Shown one piece after another: positions 31,101 to 36,463 of a stretch of 64,000 nt of DNA. The number at the start of each line of letters is the position of its first letter. The stretch's first letter is position 1. Both the position numbers and the translations under genes were made by a program. Below the pieces are notes generated by a model that worked only from the letters and a program-made list of their open reading frames with translations, was not told the DNA's origin and made no database searches. This DNA is from Candidatus Eisenbergiella pullicola (GTDB lineage: Bacteria; Bacillota; Clostridia; Lachnospirales; Lachnospiraceae), in NCBI GenBank assembly GCA_019117385.1, contig DWZU01000033.1, positions 12,301 through 76,300 of the forward strand. The letters run 5' to 3'.

Positions 31101-33621
31101 TGTCCGCAAGCTCGGCTGAAGCCACGTACTGGCAACCGAAAAAAGCATACTCCCCTACCGATGTAACCCCATCTCTCACTTCCACCGACGTGATCCGATC
31201 CCTGAGCGAATACCAGGGCGGAGTGGAAGCATAGCTGCTGAAATCGTCCATGGGACCGCTTCCGGAAATGATCAGCTTTCCGGTATCGTCCAATTCCCAC
31301 TGCACATTTTCTCCGCAGGTACCAGACATATCCGCTTCGATCTTTCCGTTCTCATCCACTTTATAAGTGATTCCCTCGAGCAGGACGAGTTCTCCGATGG
31401 TCAGACTCTCTCCGACATAAGTAAACTGATTCTCTCCTTCGAAAGTCAGGGTCAGATTTTCCAGATTCCCTCTCGCTGTCGCGATAGCCGCAAAAAACGA
31501 GTTGTACAGAGTCTTCGCCGTCTTTCCTACGATGATCGTATTCAAGGCGGTGCAATCGTCAAAGGCGTCTCGATCGGTGTCCGACAGATTCGTCGATTCG
31601 AGTCGGATGGACGTCAATGTTTCACACCCGCCGAACGCGTATTCCTCTATTTTGTTCATAGTGGCCGGAAGGACCACGTCCGTTAACGCGCAGCCATAAA
31701 ATGCACGCCCCCCGATCTGTGTCACCCCTTCCGGAATCTCTATGCTGGACAGATCTCCACAATTTGCAAAAAGCCCTTCGGGGACTACTGACATCCCGGC
31801 AGGAACATTCGCGCTCTGAAGACCGCACCCTGCAAACACAGAATTGCCGATACTCTTTACACTGTCCGGAATTTCGATCTCGCTAAGCTTCAAACAACTG
31901 CCGAAAGCCATGTCACCTATCGTTTGAAGCCCTTCCGGCAGCTCTATCCGCCCCAGATTTTGACATGCGACAAACGCTTGCATGGGAATCTCTGTCACTT
32001 TGTCCGGAATTTTAATTTCTTGCAGGTTCGAACACATGCCAAAAGCCGCTTCCCCGATTTCCGTCAGGCCTTCCGGCAGCGCTACCGTTTTAATCCCTGC
32101 ATAGGCAAAGGCAGCATCCCCGATTTCGAGCACGCTTTCCGGCACGGAATAAGACTCGTCCTGCTTTCCGCATGGAAAAATGAGCAATACGGTTTTGTCC
32201 GCGTTGAACAAAACGCCATTTTCCGCGCAGCAGTCGGAATTTCCCTCCTCCACTTCAATGGACTCCAGGTTCGGGCATAAAGCGAAATGCAGAGATTTCA
32301 CGCCTTTTATATCGGCCCCGATTCGAATGGCCGTAATGTCTACCCGATAGCTGTTCCAGGGAATCTCCCCCATGTTTCCCATTTCTCCCGGATCCGGCAT
32401 CGTCCCGCTGCCGCTGAGCACCAGTTCGCCGTCCGGCCTCATGAACCACTGTACGCCGTCCCCGTACTCGCCTCCCACGCCTTCCGCCTTCAGGCTGCCG
32501 TCTTCCTGGGCGATGTAGGTCATCCCGGGATAAAGCGCTATTCCCGCCAGGGTAATCCCGGTGTCACCCTGATACTCGAATCTTGCTCCCTCCCCAAAGT
32601 TCACCTCCAGCTGTTCCCAGCCCATCCTGTTCAGGATGGAGTCGTGCAGCGTCTGCACGCCGGAAGTTATGGTAAGCTTCTTTAACACGCTGCAGCCATC
32701 GAACGCATTGATCCCAATGGTTTCCAAACTTTTCGAAGCGAGCGTGACCTTCTCCAGCGCCGTACATTGCGCAAAAGAATAATCTCCTATGGTATTCAGG
32801 CTCCCTGGCAAAGTCACGTTGGTCAGAGCAATGCAGCCATAAAACGCGCTATCTCCGATTTTCGTGATGCCTTCCCCGATTTCGATCTCCGTGATGGATT
32901 CCCGTACATCAGCCCACGGAGCGCCTTCGGCGCTATAGCTATTTACTTCCCCCTTACCCGATAGGTACAATTTATTATTTTCAAAGCGCCAGGTCACGTT
33001 TTCTCCGCAGCTTCCTTCCGTCGCGCGGGACGTCGCCTGTACGGCCGGCGCATTTTGGGAAACAGTCAGTTCTCCTTCCGACACCTGATTTCCGGAAACG
33101 GATCCATCTTCTTCGGCCACCTGATTGCCCGAAACAGTTCCTGCTCCGTTTTCTTCTTCCTCCGCGCCATCCACATCCTCAGTTTCCTCTTCTAAACTCT
33201 CTTCCGAAGTCTCTTCCGAACTCTCCTCCGCGCTCTCTGTGGGTACCGTTCCTTCCTCTTCAGACGTCCCTTCTCCGGGACTCTCACCGTCCGGTTCCGC
33301 TTCGCTGATTTCCTCCCCGGTCGGAGCTTCTTCGCTGGTTTCTTCCCCTCCATCCCCTTCCGTATCGGTTTCTTCTCCGGTCTGGCTTTCCATGCCGGAC
33401 TCTTCTCCTGTATTGGACTCCTCTTTGTTGGCTTCCTCTCCCTGATCTTCCCCGTCATTCCTGACAGTATCGCCTTCCTCCGTCTGCCTTTCCGTCGAAG
33501 GAATCTCCTCTACCGTATAGGTGACTGGCTCTGTGCTTTCAGCGTATACCTGCCGGGGCCATGGGGAAAGGATCATTACACCACATAGAAGCAGACTCAA
33601 TAATCGTTTTCTCAGTTTCAT
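22141..33621 (-). CDS. Giant (3,826 aa) cell-wall-anchored BspA-type LRR / pilin Ig-like protein, probable pilus tip adhesin
   Basis: Signal peptide, acidic linker, many LPxSL/VxxIGxxAFxxC LRR_5 repeats, C-terminal E-box YYLLELRAPEGY, MPETG + TM + RRRRR; RBS AGAGGA before ATG 33621. Confidence 0.9.
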   Translation of the reverse strand: MKLRKRLLSLLLCGVMILSPWPRQVYAESTEPVTYTVEEIPSTERQTEEGDTVRNDGEDQGEEANKEESNTGEESGMESQTGEETDTEGDGGEETSEEAPTGEEISEAEPDGESPGEGTSEEEGTVPTESAEESSEETSEESLEEETEDVDGAEEEENGAGTVSGNQVAEEDGSVSGNQVSEGELTVSQNAPAVQATSRATEGSCGENVTWRFENNKLYLSGKGEVNSYSAEGAPWADVRESITEIEIGEGITKIGDSAFYGCIALTNVTLPGSLNTIGDYSFAQCTALEKVTLASKSLETIGINAFDGCSVLKKLTITSGVQTLHDSILNRMGWEQLEVNFGEGARFEYQGDTGITLAGIALYPGMTYIAQEDGSLKAEGVGGEYGDGVQWFMRPDGELVLSGSGTMPDPGEMGNMGEIPWNSYRVDITAIRIGADIKGVKSLHFALCPNLESIEVEEGNSDCCAENGVLFNADKTVLLIFPCGKQDESYSVPESVLEIGDAAFAYAGIKTVALPEGLTEIGEAAFGMCSNLQEIKIPDKVTEIPMQAFVACQNLGRIELPEGLQTIGDMAFGSCLKLSEIEIPDSVKSIGNSVFAGCGLQSANVPAGMSVVPEGLFANCGDLSSIEIPEGVTQIGGRAFYGCALTDVVLPATMNKIEEYAFGGCETLTSIRLESTNLSDTDRDAFDDCTALNTIIVGKTAKTLYNSFFAAIATARGNLENLTLTFEGENQFTYVGESLTIGELVLLEGITYKVDENGKIEADMSGTCGENVQWELDDTGKLIISGSGPMDDFSSYASTPPWYSLRDRITSVEVRDGVTSVGEYAFFGCQYVASAELADSITNIGAYSFYQNYSLSSIEMPERLESIGSSAFYSSGLTSVSIPDSVSKIGTSAFSGCENLTSAVLPGGITAIPSYLFSDCTALRTVKIPNGVTKIGMRAFEDCSALDGVELPETLTALEDEPFRGCSALTEIVIPDKVTEIGNNAFRGCVSLEEIVLGAGVESVGSYAFSDSENLKKVTLRSAAEIDSTAFRNSSSIETVAIDARTLTELAYTNLYYLTYGWSSGERNQITLEFLGPGKFTYTGSSFVAKNCALSQGSYEVDEQGRLKIGGSCEDGLIWTLDFDGTLIITGDGEMEDYSTYNRPDWYSSRALVKKVVVEGNITHIGNYAFSGLENMTEASIPETVTSLGNYAFQECKQMNEFVIPAKVSEIGSYAFANCEALTEIAVPEGIKKIERYTFSGCSGLEALTLPESLVGIGERAFSDCDGLTDIVIPQKVEDIGNYAFAYCDGIETVTLQAESLRATDLGSYIFYGSKTPGEIIVDKTVKDLCKYALSMMNPSETETKLTFRGENSFTYYDGSITIGGQALSEGDYMVDENGKLLRGGEVNEGVFWKLDGGILTIYGEGEMKNFSTTYYGRSPWYGFSDEIKSIVVENGITGIGNNCFRECPNLTKVALPDTLTDIGWSAFESCSGLERIEIPEGVTALESSTFWGCGKLEEIGLPESLVRIGSSVFRGCTSLKSIEFPEKLEEIGNYAFEECDSLAQLEFAEDAVLESIGNSAFAGAPIEELVLPDSLKSVGEWAFNGCLQLKRLDTGAGLQKIGQNAFGDCTLLETVTLGNSLKEMMSDSFDNCTALKTLILKAKDIESIHSQSVFKESTIERLTVSADVDRLTYDFMSSLGTDFQGKTSLLKDMVLEGPNEFVYKGKDLLVHTSGGDILLTEKYSPYLVNEKGELVRRGTCGENLTWRLEGGRLEISGSGEMYDYSAQNPAPWADFREKIEEIAIGDSVTGIGDYAFAECDNIGKAVIGNAVTDIGGHAFANCDNLEAVTMPENLQHLGEGAFEYCEKLSSINGIKKLAVILENWKAAGANAATFFRTALFESYVKEVESAGSSLSVVDSTGRTIAVNIPGNREVKTGMSITSNVTISGGKGDSEDIVRIYFKFDSEDGKLSLEGDASFGGISVSFQESELPDIYYAEVQKTKAGETLNFNIAATYSNYTAGGDAFIWLSVLSQEEAEQLGDGVVLPQQTIRMTWETQPDEFEVTKTSDGTATLTGDGTENGQITVNGLKFTVSLEHKGETSLYGKDVMKSAQFTDTLTLPEGFFWREGLIEAVKAGDWRVRTSSAWSHIYVTIAGEAYELFEITQKSNQKKEYKLWLQVDEEERLQVCWDYVNPSTQSEIPGLTLSYEVKDEMIAVNPKVLQSASGQAKIYEIRNTVEMIPEFSFAQDAEPLRAEASAEIVAGKADYTLTKKGPESVFMGYHEAHFSIQLENTSGLPFEDLDFVEDRLEDYWYITPGNMNEMLNDAYGKDLTITLENANLYQPFEIGRDLKDYDGLVKEDPGVAEKGVTIAFSWANDGSCILMKTKRAEGKTDVTRIGTGEECSTIEEALNKIGYLVTEAVTYHCSWDQEGQTLYPGTRIFSIPASAKSSFMRLMQDQPWYILNNYLYAEKVKNTAVSHEIGGQKKEASVLTDIERDYTLTKRAYLGDTTLDGEDSVDILEGDVIRYKIEVDSRRTPGPPDALPVVDRMRGPQALLVEKESNSGMGERGFEEYTDPATQKEYYILSKAGTYQNVSIGNKTAVKVIVSEGSEGLDTLIYWSIGPKGNFTGDAGKFDYLAIVDYGLAPVEAQDYSFRNECWIGERPGHRLYDDAFFGGKRVEIQKNIVTNLQEGEPITDSHDPSKDEVTGRITLEEGEQVTYRLDLKLLGQKPETVGGSSLRDFLPLAEAGYWNDETVQICYVPKEGTELTISDKTETGWEIVADPENPNQQIIEWSDDFTLTMNGDAYIYVQLTFPKGEQWQAYSHLFGSLDLKNTFRLDNMQDEVFHDIEAPAEGLLQKGVYLTGRANDYNTNFYYVPSQEKDSLLYYINDEGNRGIVTYYIALYNSGDSRMYLSEIQDVMPEGFTYECLYRAGNSVYRVSNNDSYYNSLIAVGDSGTTVKYKKAGIQVTEGEGGLLAFALSGDGGNESLSYDADRGMYYLSSGEAVVVAYNCCTNGYEDTSDSAENVAAMPYFNYNGSACELNKAASVERKNKENKASNDGGRFLYGNEQIGQWGMNTGGVADGTKWLSSKVTMQRGEIVPGIDKRASVSFAGYSDPLKWTVTAVNNGTAPIRGYTITDRMMAPYQFTGTVDCTVKFGASGAGTQGELFSFSGERKENDQTVIIKDIDGEKPLEINGDPVPIRSRLRGYGGYSGTQIAKMDVSLRRDENGRETLSIFFQAGQHELVVPEGGSVELTLTTENIEQRYENTSYYNVCYLTPKQQFDQDDVTIGDYDLYQDKPSIVNNAGVAVSYGYSTSSLKSVTELEKNGTETANSANSDESQNYISLLEEDAAFRYTLSVENSGSAQGGGSGMDRFILLDNLPQKGDHISFYEDVPRHSDFQVDFAKDPQVSVKVDGRKLNEEQYVLEFSGKTEFSSQDRSGIETDGWTACKQVSDFSEMRSLRLQVKDESGELIPAGAKIEVSFTAVIRDGEDPEPLATAWNSFGYRYSLKGSNAELEASPDSVGVQVAGVPHLQKSLKDSEGRAFLAPRQETFRFLIYEGEAMTFADGSESGVAQTLETERRKYTLAELTVEEGQTSANPAVLKDTFVYSYQNGSFVRETEEWKWENGKKYTVLELPQGEDSIYVFGDINGRTGNTMTFTYNPLQNQEIVCTNIRNIWTLELTKKSEETAQLLGNAVFALYSPNEAEAMADDAYENLKEVYDLKPDRTLEEGGKAWYLKEVRITEEENGKTFWAELTEDSYYLLELRAPEGYNLNENPGQIVNKPESGKGIVSQTVLNAPGYEMPETGGSGTWGYLLTGAFLSALSLAYMAWKNRRRRRAL

Positions 33622-33792
33622 ACTCACTCATCCTCTCTCAAACTTCTTTTTGCGAACAATGGAACTGAGAGGCAAAGCGGACTCGCGCGCTGAGCACCTC
33701 GAAGCACCACTGTGCGGATGCCAGTTCCTTCCAGCGGAGATACAATCCGCCGAATATATCTGTTTAGCGGATTAAAGCTGTTTCCGCCATAC

Positions 33793-33844
33793 AAAAAAGG
33801 CGTATCGCGCCCGCGGATAATGCCCCGCAAACGCAATGCGCCTT
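33793..33844 (-). terminator. Terminator-like hairpin in the pilus operon leader
   Basis: AAGGCG...GCGG/CCGC...CGCCTT followed by a T run on the minus strand. Confidence 0.5.
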
Positions 33845-33872
33845 CCGGTTGAAGTTCACAAATTACGCAGCC

Positions 33873-33900
33873 AAAAAAGACAGACTCACTTATTCTGTCT
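33873..33900 (-). terminator. Promoter-proximal terminator-like hairpin in the pilus operon leader
   Basis: AGACAGA-ATAAGTGAG-TCTGTCT followed by TTTTT on the minus strand. Confidence 0.5.
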
Positions 33901-33918
33901 GTCTGCCTGTCTGTCATC

Positions 33919-33948
33919 AGTATATTTTGGGAAATCATCGCCTGTCAA
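33919..33948 (-). promoter_or_regulatory. SigA-type promoter of the pilus operon
   Basis: TTGACA-N18-TATACT on the minus strand, about 300 nt upstream of ATG 33621. Confidence 0.7.
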
Positions 33949-34057
33949 CCCCTCATTTCAAATTCCCCTTTTTATCTATAATGATACCAGCAAATATTTT
34001 ACACGAAATAAAATCTAAAATCAATAGTTTTTATCGTAAATTTATAATATAGTTTTT

Positions 34058-34100
34058 AAGGAGGCGAATTATCATTCTTTCTTTAATAATTCGCCTCCTT
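34058..34100. terminator. 15-bp stem-loop after the aminopeptidase gene
   Basis: AAGGAGGCGAATTAT...ATAATTCGCCTCCTT right after the stop codon; the U-tract is weak. Confidence 0.55.
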
Positions 34101-34103
34101 GTG

Positions 34104-35522
34104 TCACTTCTGCGCTTCCTTCATCAGATAGTACAGGGAGGTCACGCCTGCGCCGGTAGCTCCGCTGCTCTCGAACGCATAGGTAGGCGTCCCGCACCAG
34201 GCCGTTCCGGCGATATCCAGATGGATCCAGGGCTTACCCTCGCAAAAATGCCGGATGAACAGCCCTGCCGTAATGGTTCCGCAGAAGCTTCCTCCGATAT
34301 TTTTCACATCCGCCACATCGCTTTCGATCATTTTCTCATGTTCTTTTCCGAAGGGGATCCGCAGATACCTCTCTCCGGAATGGGTCAATCCCCGTTCGAA
34401 CAGGCCGTAAAACTCCTCATCGTCCGACATCGCCCCTCCGATGGTATTTCCCAGCATCTGCGCCACCGCACCGGTCAACGTGGCGATATCCAGCACTTTG
34501 GTAATCCCCTCTTTCCGGATCCCGTAGCTCACAGCGTCGGACAGCACCAGGCGCCCTTCCGCATCCGTGTTGAGCACCTCGATGGTCTGCCCGCTATAGC
34601 CGGTGATCACATCGCCGGGCAGAAGCGCCGACTGGGAGATGCGGTTTTCCGCCAGAGGCAGGCAAGCCGTGATATTCACCTTTAACCCCATCTTCGCCGC
34701 CGCGTATATCGCAGCTGTCACCGCCGCAGCGCCTCCCATGTCCCCCTTGATACCGGCCATGGAGTCCCGGGGTTTCAAGCAGTAACCGCCGGTATCGCAG
34801 GTGATTCCTTTCCCGATCAGCCCGTAGACTTCGCTGTCCTCCGGGTTACCCCGATAGCGCAGGATGAGCAGGCATGGCGGATATTCGCTGCTGCCGCCGA
34901 TCCCATAGAGCGCTTCCATGTGCATGGCGCGCAGCTGACCGTACACCAGGGCTTCCGCTTCGATGGGCGCATCCCCCACATATTTCTGGATGATCCGCTC
35001 GAAATCCATGGGGCGCAGATGGTTGCCGGGGGTATTGACCATGTCCCTGGCAAACCGGATACCTTTTAAGAGTTCCTGCCCTTCCTTCAGCTGCTCGGGG
35101 AAGTCCTCCGCGCCCTCCAGCCCGAAAACGCATTCCTTTTCCGGTTCCCGGCCGGTTTTCCGGTATACATATTCATAACCTCCCAGGCCCAGCCCCAGCA
35201 CCGCCGAGATTACCGCATCCGGCCCCAACCGTTCCACAAAGGGCTTCAGATTCGCCGAACATTCCTCGATTCCGCGCGCTTTGCACGCTTTTGCCACCGA
35301 GGCCATAAGCTCCTTGACCTCCAGAAGCGTCAGTTCGCGCTCCTTCCCGCAGCCCGCCAGCAGCACGGTCTGGCCGCCCAGAGGCACAGGCATAACGTCA
35401 AGATAGTTCCCGGAAAACAGATTTTCCAGCCCCATCTTATAGCCGCGGATATGGGGATCCTTTTCCCAGACGAAATCCACATAACACGCGTCATTGCGCC
35501 TCTTCACCGCTTGTATCATCAT
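34104..35522 (-). CDS. pepA: M17 leucyl aminopeptidase
   Basis: GKGITCDTGG, KGDMGG, NTDAEGRL, DIATLTGA, WIHLDIAGT. Confidence 0.93.
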   Translation of the reverse strand: MMIQAVKRRNDACYVDFVWEKDPHIRGYKMGLENLFSGNYLDVMPVPLGGQTVLLAGCGKERELTLLEVKELMASVAKACKARGIEECSANLKPFVERLGPDAVISAVLGLGLGGYEYVYRKTGREPEKECVFGLEGAEDFPEQLKEGQELLKGIRFARDMVNTPGNHLRPMDFERIIQKYVGDAPIEAEALVYGQLRAMHMEALYGIGGSSEYPPCLLILRYRGNPEDSEVYGLIGKGITCDTGGYCLKPRDSMAGIKGDMGGAAAVTAAIYAAAKMGLKVNITACLPLAENRISQSALLPGDVITGYSGQTIEVLNTDAEGRLVLSDAVSYGIRKEGITKVLDIATLTGAVAQMLGNTIGGAMSDDEEFYGLFERGLTHSGERYLRIPFGKEHEKMIESDVADVKNIGGSFCGTITAGLFIRHFCEGKPWIHLDIAGTAWCGTPTYAFESSGATGAGVTSLYYLMKEAQK

Positions 35523-35554
35523 TCCAAAAACCTTCTTTCTTCTTCTCCCTCACA

Positions 35555-35589
35555 AGACAGCCATGCTCGCTTTTTTCGCATGGCTGTCT
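35555..35589. other. Intercistronic 12-bp stem-loop between yitT and pepA
   Basis: AGACAGCCATGC...GCATGGCTGTCT. Confidence 0.6.
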
Positions 35590-35595
35590 GTTAAA

Positions 35596-36447
35596 TCATA
35601 TCATATGTCCGAATTTTTTGCCGATCACGTTGCTGGCCTCAGCGACGATGATCAGGGCGTGAGGATCCACCTCTTCCACCTTTTTCTGAATCCTGGCGCA
35701 GTCCGCCCGGTCGATGGCGCCCATGATCACCCGCTGGGTTTCGCTGGTATAACCGCCTTCCCCTTTCAGGACGGTGATTCCGGCCCGCTCTTCCAGGAAC
35801 ACGCAGCGAACCATGTCCGTACACTCGCTCATCACGATCATCAGATTCCGGGAATTGGAATGATTCACCAGCTGATCCATGAAAATGCCGGAAATATATA
35901 CCGTCACCGTGGCGTACAGGATCGTCCGCACATCCCGATAGACCAGGCCGGAAGACAGCACGATCAGGATATTGATAGCCGACACCAGGCTCCCCACCTG
36001 CAGATGCGGAAATTTCCGCTGCAGGATGAGGCCGATCATCGTGATGCCCCCCGTATCGGAGGTACCGAGGTAGACCATTCCCAGTCCGGTTCCCATGAAC
36101 GCCCCGGCGAACAGCGCCGCCAGCAGCGGATCATCGGCGAGAGCCGGCAGCACCGGCTCCAGCAGATCCGTCATCAACGACAGCAGCACGATGCTGCACG
36201 CCGCTTTCAGCGCGAACTGAGGGGGAAAAATCCTCTTTCTCCACACGATGAACAGGATCGGCAGATTGAACAGGGAGCAAAACAGACCCACCGGGAATCC
36301 GGTCGCGTAGTTGACCAGAATGGCGATACCGCTGGCGCCGCCCGGCGCGATCTGGGCCGGCGCCGCGAAGCACCGGATCCCCACGGTGTACAGAAAAATC
36401 CCCACCACGTTCAGGAGGATCACATCCCTCAATTTTTTCTCCCTCAT
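35596..36447 (-). CDS. YitT-family membrane protein (with DUF2179-like C-terminus)
   Basis: IAPGGASG, GTSDTGG, GITVLKGEGGYT, VDPHALIIV. Confidence 0.9.
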   Translation of the reverse strand: MREKKLRDVILLNVVGIFLYTVGIRCFAAPAQIAPGGASGIAILVNYATGFPVGLFCSLFNLPILFIVWRKRIFPPQFALKAACSIVLLSLMTDLLEPVLPALADDPLLAALFAGAFMGTGLGMVYLGTSDTGGITMIGLILQRKFPHLQVGSLVSAINILIVLSSGLVYRDVRTILYATVTVYISGIFMDQLVNHSNSRNLMIVMSECTDMVRCVFLEERAGITVLKGEGGYTSETQRVIMGAIDRADCARIQKKVEEVDPHALIIVAEASNVIGKKFGHMI

Positions 36448-36463
36448 TCTCTCACTCCCCCAA

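Noticed and set aside
33040-33520. Acidic E/S/G/T-rich region with VSGNQV repeats in the giant protein
   Set aside because: Low-complexity linkers of this kind are common in Lachnospiraceae surface proteins; nothing here supports a specific function.
33622-33918. c-di-GMP riboswitch in the pilus leader
   Set aside because: Expected for such a locus, but I could not find class I or class II consensus elements.
17508-34100. Pilus operon as a mobile island
   Set aside because: No integrase, transposase, tRNA or flanking direct repeat seen. A possible compositional shift could not be quantified by eye.
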